Below, in pieces: positions 41,015 through 50,618 of a stretch of 64,000 bases of DNA. Numbering within the stretch: the stretch's first letter is position 1; each line of letters begins with the position of its first letter. Where the stretch lies: positions 82,403 to 146,402 of the forward strand of contig CAWKDO010000005.1 in the NCBI GenBank assembly GCA_963848425.1, given 5' to 3'. Made by a program: the position numbers and the translations under genes. The notes under the pieces are model-generated. The model had not been told where the DNA came from. It did no database searches and saw nothing but the letters and a program-made list of their open reading frames with translations. Source of the stretch: an uncultured delta proteobacterium. GTDB lineage: Bacteria; Desulfobacterota; Desulfuromonadia; Desulfuromonadales; JACZKF01.

Positions 41015-41062
41015 GTGGGGCGAATCTTGTATCGCCCAGGGCGATCACAGGATCGCCCCTAC
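41015..41062. repeat. REP doublet (REPIN-like)
   Basis: GTGGGGCGAATCTTGTATCGCCC-A-GGGCGATCACAGGATCGCCCCTAC. Confidence 0.7.
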
Positions 41063-41144
41063 AAATCGGGCGCCTGGCATCTGAGCATTTTTGCTCAGCC
41101 TGAAAGACGAAATTTGCAAACCTGCGACGCAAGGAGACTCATCC

Positions 41145-41900
41145 ATGCTGACGATCATTCGCGAACGTTTGCGCCAGGGACACCGCACCGGCAAGTTCCC
41201 AGGGAGGAGCCGGTGCTGCCCGAGCGGTTTCGCGGCCTGCCGCTGATCCGGCCGGAACTGTGCCCGGAGGGCTGCCGCGACTGCGTGCAGCGCTGCCCGT
41301 TCGGCGCCTTGAGCTTGGAGCGATGGCAAGCTGCGGCTCGATCTGGGCCGCTGCCTCTTCTGCGCCGACTGCGCGGCCGCCTGCCCGCACGGGGCGCTAC
41401 CTTCACCCGCGACTATCGCCTGGCCGCCCGCCCCGCGACGAGCTGCTGCTGGATGAGCGAGGGATGCCGCCTGGCCGAAGCGCTCAATGCCCGGATGCTG
41501 ACGCCTCTTCGGCCGCTCCCTGAAGCTGCGCCAGGTCTCGGCCGGCGGCTGCAACGCCTGCGAGGCCGACCTCAACGTCCTCGGCACCCTGGTCTTCGAT
41601 CTCGGCCGCTTCGGCATCCAGTTCGTCGCCTCGCCCCGCCATGCCGACGGCATCCTGGTCACCGGCCCGGTCACCGAGAACATGCGCAGCGCCCTGCTCG
41701 ACACCTACGCCGCCGTTCCCGGCGCCGAAACTGGTGATCGCCTCCGGCGCCTGCGCCATCGGCGGCGGCCCCTTCCGCGGCAGCCCGGAGAGCACAACGG
41801 CATCGGCGATCTGCTGCCGGTCGATCTCTACATCCCCGGCTGTCCGCCGCATCCCTACACCGCCCTGGACGGTCTGCTGCGCCTGCTCGGGCGGATTTGA
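41145..41900 (+). CDS. EhrS: ferredoxin (NuoI-like) fused to NuoB-like small subunit (complex 2), frameshifted
   Basis: PERFRGLP, CPEGCRDCVQRCP, DLGRCLFCADCAAACP, SAGGCNACE, ASPRHAD, GCPPHP. Confidence 0.82.
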
Positions 41901-41921
41901 ATCAGGATCGCACCAGATTTT

Positions 41922-42125
41922 TCAGTGAACTGAAGGTCTCGGTTCCCGTTCCGGAGGGACCCGGAGATAAGCCTCATCCTTCTTCCAGGCGTGCTGCTGA
42001 CCACAGTGCGGGCAGGTCACGGGGCGAGTTTCGATGTCGGCTTTGAGAAAAACATCCGCCGGCAGGGCGATACCGGTCGGCACATCCTTGTCGGTCACAG
42101 GACAGCGGATGAGGATTTCAGGCAT
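41922..42125 (-). CDS. Small Cys/His (zinc-ribbon-like) hypothetical protein, 67 aa
   Basis: AGGAGG RBS; IRCPVT..V.TG..CPHCGQQHAW. Confidence 0.65.
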   Translation of the reverse strand: MPEILIRCPVTDKDVPTGIALPADVFLKADIETRPVTCPHCGQQHAWKKDEAYLRVPPEREPRPSVH

Positions 42126-42282
42126 GTCGTCCTCCTTTCCACAATAAATCCATTCGCCTTCACTTTCACTATAACGTGAACCGGTAAAAAGCAAATTGTT
42201 GAAACCGTGCCGGTTGTGCTATGAATGACTGACTTTCAGCAGCATTCTCTGCCTTTCCCCTCATACTGACGGGAGACTTGTA

Positions 42283-43377
42283 TTGGCCAAGAAAATCTTT
42301 ATCTCCGCCACCAACCAGGATGTCGGCAAGACGACCACCAGCCTCTCCCTCCTTTATCAGGCGCGGCAGAAGTACGAGCGGATCGGCTTCATCAAGCCGA
42401 TCGGGCCGAAGCCGATCGATTTTCATGGTCGCCGCATCGATACCGATCCGGCGATGATGGCGCAGGTTTACGGGCTGGAGCATCAGATCGACTGCATGTG
42501 TCCGGTGGTGGTCGAACGGGGGATGACGCAGCAGGCGATTGCCGGCGAAATTACCCCGACCGAACTGGAGGGGCGGATTCTGCGGGCGGTGGAGAAGCTC
42601 GATCGCGAGTGCGATTTTCTCATCGTCGAAGGGGCCGGCCACAGCGGCGTCGGTTCCGTGTTCGGCCTGAGCAACGCACGGGTGGCGGCGATGGTCGGCG
42701 CGCCGGTGCTGATGGTCACCGGCGGCGGTGTGGGCAGCGTCATCGACGCCGTGTGCATGAATCTTGCCCTCTATCGCGAGGAGGGGGCCGAAATCCGCCT
42801 GCTGGTGGCGAACAAGTTGATTCCCGACAAGCGCGACAAGACGCTGGAACAACTGCGGCTTGCCTTTCGCAATGCGAGTTTCGAGGTGCTCGGCGGTTTC
42901 AATTACCAGCCGGTTCTGGCAAATCCGACTCTCAGGCATCTGGCCGCGGTTCTCCGTGTCGAATGCAACGGCAACCGCGAGCAGATGCGGCGTATCGTGC
43001 ACCATGTGCAGATCGGCGCTGCCGCCACCCAGAATGTTGTCGATGTTCTGCAGGAGGATACATTGGTGCTGGTGACCAGTTCGCGCGACGAACTGCTGAT
43101 TACCTTATCCAATCTCTACAGCGTCCCCGAATATCACCGGAAGATCGCCGGCCTGGTCATCGCCGGTACCTCGCCGATCGCCACCATTACCCAGCGCATC
43201 CTCGACAACAGCGGTATTCCTTACTTGCGCACCCATCTCAGAACCGACCCGGTTTTTCTTATCATTCACGAAGATGTCTCCAAGCTGACCGCCGAAGATG
43301 CGGAAAAGATCGCCCTTATCCAGCGGCTGTCCATGTTGCGTTTTGACTTCGACTACATCGATCGGCTATTTTCCTGA
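42283..43377 (+). CDS. BioD-like AAA + DRTGG domain protein (phosphotransacetylase N-terminal-like)
   Basis: ATNQDVGKTT P-loop, GFIKPIG, LIVEGAGH, LVTSSRDE. Confidence 0.85.
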   Translation: MAKKIFISATNQDVGKTTTSLSLLYQARQKYERIGFIKPIGPKPIDFHGRRIDTDPAMMAQVYGLEHQIDCMCPVVVERGMTQQAIAGEITPTELEGRILRAVEKLDRECDFLIVEGAGHSGVGSVFGLSNARVAAMVGAPVLMVTGGGVGSVIDAVCMNLALYREEGAEIRLLVANKLIPDKRDKTLEQLRLAFRNASFEVLGGFNYQPVLANPTLRHLAAVLRVECNGNREQMRRIVHHVQIGAAATQNVVDVLQEDTLVLVTSSRDELLITLSNLYSVPEYHRKIAGLVIAGTSPIATITQRILDNSGIPYLRTHLRTDPVFLIIHEDVSKLTAEDAEKIALIQRLSMLRFDFDYIDRLFS

Positions 43378-43673
43378 TGACGCAGGAATTCGCCAAAGAA
43401 GCGCCGATGGAGTGCCGGGCCGGTTGCGGCGCCTGCTGCATCGCGCCGTCGATTTCCTCCCCCATTCCCGGCATGCCGAATGGCAAGCCGGCCGGAATGC
43501 GCTGCGTGCAGCTGACGGCGGACAACCGTTGCCGCCTGTTTGCTTCCCCTGAGCGCCCGGCTGTCTGTAAAAATCTGCGCCCGGCCAGGGAAATGTGCGG
43601 CGAGAGTGCCGGCGAGGCATTCGCTTGGCTGGAAGAAATGGAAAGCGCAACATGCGGTCTCCCTCTCCCTTGA
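43377..43673 (+). CDS. YkgJ/YeiW family cysteine-cluster protein
   Basis: CRAGCGACCIAPSISSPIPGM..GKPAG..C....RPAVC. Confidence 0.88.
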   Translation: MTQEFAKEAPMECRAGCGACCIAPSISSPIPGMPNGKPAGMRCVQLTADNRCRLFASPERPAVCKNLRPAREMCGESAGEAFAWLEEMESATCGLPLP

Positions 43674-43750
43674 TGGGAGAGGGCTGGGGTGAGGGTGATC
43701 GCCCCAAAACTACCCCCTCCCCTCAATCCCCTCCACCAGGGGAGGGGAAG
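43659..43750. repeat. CCCTCTCCC/GGGAGAGGG palindromic repeat doublet
   Basis: CCCTCTCCC-TTGAT-GGGAGAGGGCTGGGGTGAGGGTG and inverted partner CCCCTCC-ACCAGG-GGAGGGG; supplies the stop of the upstream CDS. Confidence 0.7.
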
Positions 43751-43799
43751 CAAATTCGACAGGTGATTAGCACATAAATAAAGGTAAAGGAGAACCATC

Positions 43800-44382
43800 A
43801 TGTCCGAACTCGACCGCTTTAGCCTCAATCGTGAACAAGCCGTCCTGCTGGTGATCGACGTGCAGGAGAAACTTATTCCCGCCATGCCGCAGAAGGTTTA
43901 CCGGCAGACGCTGCGCAGCATCGATTTTCTCGTCAAGAGCGCCGATTTGCTGCAAGTGCCGGTGGTGGCCACCGAACAATACCGGAAGGGACTGGGACCG
44001 ACAGTGCCGGAACTGGCTGCGCGCCTGCCGCGCCAAGGTGGTGGAGAAGGTCAGCTTCGGCTGCTGCGGCGAGCCGTCCTTCATGCAGCATCTGCAAACG
44101 CTGGGGCGCAAGCAGGTGATTGTCACCGGTATGGAGGCGCACGTCTGCGTTTTGCAGACGGTCCTCGGGCTTCTCGCCGCCGGCTATCATGTCCATCTGG
44201 TGCGCGACGGCATCATCGCCCGCGGCAAGATCGATTATCTCAATGCTTTGGAAGTGGCCAGGGAGGCGGGCGCGGTAGTCACCACCGCCGAAACAACGGT
44301 CTTCCAGTTGCTGCGGGTGGCCACCGCCCCCGAATTCAAGGCGATCTCCGCTCTGGTCAAGGAACGCTCGGCCGAGATTTAG
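43800..44382 (+). CDS. Isochorismatase family hydrolase, one frameshift
   Basis: LLVIDVQEKL, TEQY.KGLG.TV, EKVSF.C, GMEAHVCVLQT. Confidence 0.88.
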
Positions 44383-44402
44383 AAATTAAGGATGGGGATT
44401 GC

Positions 44403-44810
44403 ATGGAGCTGATCAAAGACAACGGCTGTTTCGTTTGCGGACCGGTCAACGCCCACGGTTTTCGGGCGACGTTCAGCTTTGACCACGAGGCGCGCACCGC
44501 CAGCACTCATCTGGTTATTCCCGAATGGGCGCAGGGGTGGCAGGGGATGACGCACGGCGGCATCCTTTCCACCCTGCTCGACGAAGCGTGCGCGCACGCT
44601 TGCCGCACTGTCGGGCCGTATCCGGTCACGGCGGAGTTGACGGTACGCTTTCGCAAGCCGGTGCCGCTGGAATGCGAAATTTTCGTGCGGGGAGAAGTCG
44701 TCGAGGTCCGCCGCCGGGTGCTGCAGGCGCGGGCCGAGCTGTCGGTCGTGGGAGAGATTTACGCCGAGGCGCAGGCGCGCGTGGTTTTGATCGATCCGCC
44801 GGGAAAATAG
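44403..44810 (+). CDS. PaaI family thioesterase
   Basis: CFVCG..N..G, QGW..MTHGGILSTLLDE, TAELTVRFRKPVP. Confidence 0.88.
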   Translation: MELIKDNGCFVCGPVNAHGFRATFSFDHEARTASTHLVIPEWAQGWQGMTHGGILSTLLDEACAHACRTVGPYPVTAELTVRFRKPVPLECEIFVRGEVVEVRRRVLQARAELSVVGEIYAEAQARVVLIDPPGK

Positions 44811-44838
44811 GAGGAAGGCAAATGCAATACCAGATTGG

Positions 44839-45894
44839 TCAAGCCCACACGCCCGGCATGTACATAGCGCCGATGGAGTAGCGGAAGGCATCTTTCCAGT
44901 GTTCAGTGGTCACCGCATCGGCCTCGGCCGGGTTGTCGAACTTGATGCGGAGTTCGTCGAAGCGTGCTCCAGTTGGTCCAGGTGATATCCGCCATTACCG
45001 CGACTTCCCTGGTAAAGTTATGCCCGAGACTCACGGACAAGTTATCCGGCACCGTGGTATCCGATTTGATCCCGGTGTCCAGGAATCGACCGGTCGGGTT
45101 AGGAGAGGGGACCCCGGAAAAATCGGCATCCCCGTGCAAGGTATGGGTCGATGTGCGAGCGATAGGCAATGCCTGCCCGGGTATCTTCGGTCAACTGGTA
45201 AAACGCCCCGAGGTTGTACCCCCAGGACCAGCTGTCCCCCTTGAAAGTAACGAACCCGTCGTTTTGCTGCGGCGCCATGCCGGCTGCACTCAAGGCGGCG
45301 AAGATGGCGCCGAAGTCGATGGCGTTGCTCAACTCCGCCTTGATGTACTGGACGTTGATTCCTGCACCGAGACTCAGCTTGTCCGTCATGCGCCAGGCAA
45401 TGGCCGGATTGATATTGAGGCTGATCAGATCGGATTTTACGGCATGGTAGCGGCCGACCCAGGTGGGATGATACTCCGTGCTCAAGCCGAAGGGAGAAGA
45501 GACCCCCAGGCCGACATGGAGGCGATCATTCAGTTGGCGATTGTAGTAAAGGTTCGGAACGGCAAGGGTACTGCCGGCATTTCCGCCCCCACCGCCGCTC
45601 AGGGGTTGCCCCGTGAGGTCGGTGGAGCCCTGATTTCTGAAGCGCGCCGATGGGAACACCACATGCGTGCCGACAATCATATGAGACCCTGAGAGGACGG
45701 GTGAGTCCGGCGGGATTGTAGAATACGGTCGAGGCATCGTCCGCAGCCGCGGCGCCTCCCGCAAACGCCGTACCCAGCCGTTTGACACTTTGCTCCAGGA
45801 GGGAATATCCGGCGCCGGCAGCGCTGCCGTTGGCCATCATCAGGGCACACAGGGTCAGCAGCACTCTCTTCCGGGGAAACAACCGGTTGCTCAT
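44839..45894 (-). pseudogene. fadL: FadL/OmpP1 outer-membrane transporter, 3'-truncated and frameshifted
   Basis: GYSLLEQS..LGTAFAG.AA.ADDAS.VFYNPAGL, PFGLSTEY, WKDAFRYSIG; stops before the final beta-strands. Confidence 0.75.
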
Positions 45895-46311
45895 GACAAA
45901 CTCCACTTTCCCTCTTCCCGTTCACCTATATTCTCACGTGATGGAGGAAAGGCAACCTGCCGGCCATTGTTGCGCGTCCCGCAAGTTGAGGCGGAAAATT
46001 GCACACCTGGCCATTTGCCGCTGTAAGTCCGGGGGGCGAAATGACTATTCCTGTCGTCAATGTTAGTATTTGAACCGGCATCTGCTTATGAAACAGGAGA
46101 GGTATGGGAAGCGATCGTGACCATGAAAAGACTGGGCACTATCACGATTTGTACAAGGAGCAAATCTTCACTGAGCAGGTGAGGCAGCTCTATGCCTTGG
46201 CACCGATAGGCTTTCTGGCTACCTTCATGAATTCTCTGATTGTCTTCTTCGTCCTGAAGGATGTGATGCGATAATAAGATTGTTAAAAGAGCAGACTAGG
46301 AAACCGCCGGC

Positions 46312-46983
46312 ATGAGCGAACGGCAGCGCTCCACCCCTTTCATTCTCAAGGATTGTGACTTGATCACCCTGGCGACCGGCGTCAAGGCGCAGACGCTTAA
46401 GGAGCTGCGCGATGGGCTGCAGCGGGTGCCGGTGGGGAGCATTTACCATCACTTTTGGGGGCGCCTGCTGCGACCGCAGTTCGACGAACCGGAATACAAT
46501 AACGATTTCTCCTCCTGGGCCTATCGCGGGCTGCACGACAAACTGCTTGCCGAGCGTCTGAGCATGATCATCCCCACCGACTTCGAAGATCTTGAAGGGC
46601 TGCGGCAGGGGCTTTTGGAAGTGGTGGAGCAGCGTCTCGACGAATTCGAGCTGGTCTTGTCGGCAAACGCTGACGAACAGTTCCACTTTCTGAAAGCGCA
46701 GATCGTGATTTTCGACACGGGCCGGCGTTTCGACCAGCCGGCCGACCTCCTCCCCGTTCTCCCCGAGCTCTCCACCGGCAGCATTTTCTACCATTTTATC
46801 GACGCCCGCCAACGTACCGGCAGCCGCTGCGACGATTTCAGCGTTTGGCTGAGCGCCTTCGGCCCGCCGTACGAAGAAATCGCGCAGCACCTGTGCGCTA
46901 TCGATCCGTACTTTTCCTCCCTGAAGGAAATCGGCCATATGGTCACCGGCATCTTTCAGGCCGTTTATGCGTGGGGCGACTGA
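46312..46983 (+). CDS. DUF5752-like protein (usual partner of TreT)
   Basis: PF..KDC.L..ATG..A..L.EL, SIYHHF, YNNDFS.W, SIFYHFIDA. Confidence 0.75.
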   Translation: MSERQRSTPFILKDCDLITLATGVKAQTLKELRDGLQRVPVGSIYHHFWGRLLRPQFDEPEYNNDFSSWAYRGLHDKLLAERLSMIIPTDFEDLEGLRQGLLEVVEQRLDEFELVLSANADEQFHFLKAQIVIFDTGRRFDQPADLLPVLPELSTGSIFYHFIDARQRTGSRCDDFSVWLSAFGPPYEEIAQHLCAIDPYFSSLKEIGHMVTGIFQAVYAWGD

Positions 46984-48254
46984 TGGACACCCTGGATCCC
47001 CTCCTGGCCGAAGCCCTGCGTAATTTCGTCGCCGAATATGAAGCGGTGACCGGGCGCACGACGATCCAGCACCTGGAGCAGTTGGCCGCCTCATTGCGCG
47101 GCGCCACGGTCGTCCATGTCAACTCCACTCTGGAAGGGGGCGGGGTGGCGGAGATTCTGCAGAAACTCATCCCCTTCAAACAGGCGCTCGGGATCGATGC
47201 CCGTTGGGAGATCATCGGCGGCGATGCGCTCTTTTACCAGTGTACCAAGGGCTTTCACAATGCCCTGCAGGGTCAGCGCGTGCAGCTGTCGGAGCAACTG
47301 CTGCCGGCCTATGAGGCGACGAACGCCGCGAATGCCGAGCGGCTGCGGGAGGTGCTGGAGACGGCCGATTTCGTCTTCATCCATGATCCGCAACCGGCGG
47401 CGCTGCTGAACTTCTGCCCCGGCCGGCGGGGGAAGTGGATCTGGCGCTGTCATATCGACGCCAGCCATCCGTATCGGCCGGTGTGGAAATATCTGCAGCG
47501 CTGGCTGCTTCCCTACGATGCCGCCATCTACTCCCTCCCCGAATTCGCACAGCCGCTGCCGTACCCGCAGTACATCATTCCGCCGAGCATCGATCCGCTC
47601 AGTGAAAAGAACATCGAGCTTCCGCCACAGGAGGTGGCGGCGGTGCGCAGCCGTTTTGGGCTCGATCCCCAATTGCCGTTGATCGTGCAGGTGTCGCGCT
47701 TCGATCGCTTCAAGGATCCGCTGGGGGTGATCGAGGCCTATCGGCTGGTGCGCAAACTCACCCCGCTGCAGCTGGTGCTTGTCGGCGGCAGCGCCAGCGA
47801 CGATCCGGAAGGGGCGGCAATGCTGGAGGAGGTACGCCGGGCCGCGGTAGGGGATCCGCATATCCATATCCTGGATCTGCCAGCCGACTCGCATCGTCTG
47901 ATCAACGCCCTGCAGCGCAGCGCCGATATCGTGGTGCAGAAATCGTTACGGGAGGGGTTCGGGTTGACAGTCGCGGAAGGGCTGTGGAAAGGGAAGCCGG
48001 TAATCGGCGGCGATACCGGCGGCATCCGGCTGCAGGTGGTGAACCATTATACCGGCTTTCTTGTCAATACGCCGGAAGGGGCGGCGCTGCGCATCCGTTA
48101 TCTGCTGCACCGGCGCGATTTGCTCCGGCAGATGGGAGAGCGAGGGCGGCGTTTCGTTCTGGAAAATTTCCTACTCACTCGCCAATTGCGTGAATATCTG
48201 ACTTTGATGGTCGGCCTGCAGCATGGCCGGGCCGAGCGCATCGAGGTCGGCTGA
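46983..48254 (+). CDS. treT: GT4 glycosyltransferase, trehalose synthase TreT-like
   Basis: VHVNST..GGGVAEIL, IHDPQP, WRCHID, PSIDPLSEKN, QVSRFDRFKD, QKSLREGFGLTV.E. Confidence 0.85.
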   Translation: MDTLDPLLAEALRNFVAEYEAVTGRTTIQHLEQLAASLRGATVVHVNSTLEGGGVAEILQKLIPFKQALGIDARWEIIGGDALFYQCTKGFHNALQGQRVQLSEQLLPAYEATNAANAERLREVLETADFVFIHDPQPAALLNFCPGRRGKWIWRCHIDASHPYRPVWKYLQRWLLPYDAAIYSLPEFAQPLPYPQYIIPPSIDPLSEKNIELPPQEVAAVRSRFGLDPQLPLIVQVSRFDRFKDPLGVIEAYRLVRKLTPLQLVLVGGSASDDPEGAAMLEEVRRAAVGDPHIHILDLPADSHRLINALQRSADIVVQKSLREGFGLTVAEGLWKGKPVIGGDTGGIRLQVVNHYTGFLVNTPEGAALRIRYLLHRRDLLRQMGERGRRFVLENFLLTRQLREYLTLMVGLQHGRAERIEVG

Positions 48255-48313
48255 AGAGCGGGGGCAGCCGAAGAATGATGAATCGTACGCATTCCAAACC
48301 GCGGCTCGAAAGG

Positions 48314-48910
48314 CTAGCCAAGCACAATCCGGTTTAGAGGGTTGACGTTTTCAAGGCTGTCCAGTTCTCCAATGAGATCGTTCCCGTAGTAATACAGCAG
48401 GTCGTCCCGGCAGCCCCGGTAGAGGGTAATGCCTTTCGCCAGACACATCAGGGAATCGTCGGCCACCTCGGCCGAAGGGCGCAGAGTTCCGGCCTCGGCC
48501 GTCACCGGGAAGAGCGAGCTGAGCATCGGTTTCAGCAGGTGGTGATCCATCCCCTGCTGCAGGCAAAAGGCATGAAGCCGGCAGCCGTTGCCGCTCCGGT
48601 CGAGAAACACGCAAGCGCCCTCGATAACCTGGGTGCGCCGGTAACCCCCGGCCGGATATTCGGGGTCCGGGACAGACTCACTCGTGAACCACCGATCGCG
48701 CGGAATTCCGACGTACTGCTCCAGTTGAAGCGCCCAGGTTTCGATGCGCCGGATGTTGTCAAGATCGACGCTGACGCCGAAGGAACAGCAGGAGCCGTTG
48801 CAGGTTGCGCACTGCGGCAGGAAGGTTCGCTCGAAGACAGCCGTATCGATGCGCTCGATGATCGGGACTTCATGGCGATTGAGGTAGGGTCTGCTCAGTA
48901 AGACGATCAT
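48314..48910 (-). CDS. Cys-rich putative Fe-S/Zn protein (YkgJ/DUF3109-like)
   Basis: CATCNGSCCSFGV, CVFL....GCRLH, KP....FP. Confidence 0.65.
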   Translation of the reverse strand: MIVLLSRPYLNRHEVPIIERIDTAVFERTFLPQCATCNGSCCSFGVSVDLDNIRRIETWALQLEQYVGIPRDRWFTSESVPDPEYPAGGYRRTQVIEGACVFLDRSGNGCRLHAFCLQQGMDHHLLKPMLSSLFPVTAEAGTLRPSAEVADDSLMCLAKGITLYRGCRDDLLYYYGNDLIGELDSLENVNPLNRIVLG

Positions 48911-49002
48911 CGCAAGTTCACCGAAGACAGAAAAAAACCGCCCGAGCTCGATAGCCCAGGCGGTATAGTTATTTTCGGCGTTTTCCTTTGCAGAAAACTC
49001 AT
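48907..49002 (-). CDS. 31-aa leader ORF spanning a terminator, ATGA-coupled to the downstream gene
   Basis: GGAGG RBS; MSFLQRKTPKITIPPGLSSSGGFFLSSVNLR; stop overlaps the ATG at 48910. Confidence 0.4.
   Translation of the reverse strand: MSFLQRKTPKITIPPGLSSSGGFFLSSVNLR
48931..48964 (-). terminator. Intrinsic terminator in the leader of 48314-48910
   Basis: ACCGCCTGGGCT-atcg-AGCTCGGGCGGT, 12-bp stem running into a T7 tract. Confidence 0.7.
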
Positions 49003-49204
49003 GGCGGCTTCCTCCATATCAGATTAGAAGGTCACCAACATATCTTTTTAATAGAGAAGGAGCAAGGAAAAATCAGGGAAAATTCCTAAAACTCCACGGC
49101 GACTTGTGCCGTCACCAGATCGCAAGAATCGGCGATGCGTCACCATCGACCGGCGCGAAATCCCGGTCAATGGTGACGCGCAGGTATTCGCGGGAGAGAC
49201 TCAC

Positions 49205-49395
49205 TTAAGGGATTTGGCCGACCATAAAACCCGAACGCCGAGCAAAACGAAGAAAATGAGCGCCAGCCCGGCGACGATCGCCGGCGATGTAGGGATATCC
49301 AGCTTGAGGGACAGGAATATCCCCCCATGCTGACCAGAACCCCAACCAGCCAGCCGACCATGAGCATCTTGAGCGGTTCGCGGAAAAACAATCGA
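49205..49395 (-). pseudogene. C-terminal fragment of a ZnuB/MntB-type metal ABC permease
   Basis: Joined frames MLMVGWLVGVLVSMGGIFLSLKLDIPTSPAIVAGLALIFFVLL. Confidence 0.45.
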
Positions 49396-49545
49396 CCACC
49401 GCCCCCGAATTCAAGGCGATCTCCGCCCTGGTCAAGGAACGCTCGACCGAGATTTAGAAATCAAGGAGTGTACGCCGAGCGCAGGCGCGGGTAGTTTTGA
49501 TCGAGCCGCGGAGTAGCAGGAGGAAAGAAGATGCAATACCAAGTG
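49396..49545 (+). repeat. Diverged duplicate of 44321-44392 joined to a duplicate of 44760-44836
   Basis: 72-nt match with 3 substitutions to the isochorismatase 3' end, then thioesterase 3' end, RBS and ATGCAATAC. Confidence 0.85.
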
Positions 49546-49731
49546 GGCCGCAGCGGCCGGATTTTGGTGGTCCGCTTCGGCGACGGCGACGACGTTCTGG
49601 CCGGGTTGGCGGAACTGGCGAGGAAGGAAAACATCCGGGCGGCGCATTTCCAGATCGTCGGCGCCCTGCGCCGCGGGCGCTTCGTCGTCGGGCCGGCCAA
49701 GGAAGAAATGCCGCCGGTGCCGCCTATCTAA
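49531..49731 (+). pseudogene. PPC/DUF296 domain gene truncated at an attC site
   Basis: GRILVVRFGDGDDVL..L...ARKENI.AA....VGAL; stops after 66 codons at the attC core. Confidence 0.7.
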
Positions 49732-49808
49732 TTCAACGTTTGACCTGAGCGGCATCTTCCAACGGGCGAAGCCCGCGGGAAGACGTCCGCTCGATGGCAG
49801 GATTGGGT
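49731..49808 (-). mobile_element. Integron attC site of the aqpZ cassette
   Basis: Minus strand ACCCAAT..GAGCGGACGTCTTCC..GGAAGATGCCGCTC..GTTGAAT, 78 bp imperfect palindrome starting 2 nt after the stop. Confidence 0.8.
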
Positions 49809-49810
49809 CT

Positions 49811-50500
49811 TCAGCCCTTCTCGCCGGCGATGAATCGATAGGCGCCTGCTCCGAGCAAGGCGCCAGCGATTGGAGCGAGCCAGAATAGCCAAAGCTGAGC
49901 AACAGCCCAGCCACCGACGAAGACCGCGACCCCGGTGCTTCGTGCAGGATTGACTGACGTATTCGTCACCGGGATGCTGATGAGGTGAATCAACGTCAGG
50001 GCGAGCCCAATCGCGATGGGCGCAAAACCTGCGGGTGCGCGCTTGTCGGTGGAGCCGAGAATGACCAGGAGAAAGAACATGGTCATGACCACCTCGGTGA
50101 CCAGCGCAGCCAGCAGTGAATAGCCTCCAGGCGAGTGCATGCCATAGCCATTAGAGGCAAAGCCCTTGGACACATCGAATCCTGGTGCGCCGCTGGCAAT
50201 CACGTACAGCACGCCTGCGGCCGCAATGGCGCCGAGCACCTGAGCCACGATATAGGGCATAAGTTTGGTGGCGGGGAAGCGACCACCGGCCCACAGGCCG
50301 ACGGAAACAGCCGGATTCAGGTGGCAACCGGAGATATGACCGATGGCGAAAGCCATCGTGAGGACAGTCAAGCCGAAGGCGAGCGAAACGCCAAGTAAAC
50401 CGATACCGACGTCAGGAAAGGCAGCAGCGAGAACAGCACTGCCGCACCCGCCGAGAACGAGCCAAAAAGTCCCGAGAAACTCCGCACCGTATTGCTTCAT
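49811..50500 (-). CDS. aqpZ: Aquaporin Z
   Basis: [37 protein letters not shown]; GGAGG RBS before ATG 50500. Confidence 0.96.
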   Translation of the reverse strand: MKQYGAEFLGTFWLVLGGCGSAVLAAAFPDVGIGLLGVSLAFGLTVLTMAFAIGHISGCHLNPAVSVGLWAGGRFPATKLMPYIVAQVLGAIAAAGVLYVIASGAPGFDVSKGFASNGYGMHSPGGYSLLAALVTEVVMTMFFLLVILGSTDKRAPAGFAPIAIGLALTLIHLISIPVTNTSVNPARSTGVAVFVGGWAVAQLWLFWLAPIAGALLGAGAYRFIAGEKG

Positions 50501-50618
50501 TAGTTCCTCCGTGTGGTAAGTAGATAGACGGACTCTGCTCTTAAGACGCAGAGAACTACCAGATACTGCGAACCGTTCGTGAACCACTACTATATTACCA
50601 TCCGCTGCATCTGATTGT

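Noticed and set aside
34417-41900. Dense frameshifts suggesting pseudogenes or programmed recoding (also 50-2720, 21400-22450, 57350-58210, 59500-60500)
   Set aside because: Single-base indels come in patches and hit housekeeping genes (aroG, hemG, def) while motifs stay intact; best explained by read-consensus error. Read-level check needed.
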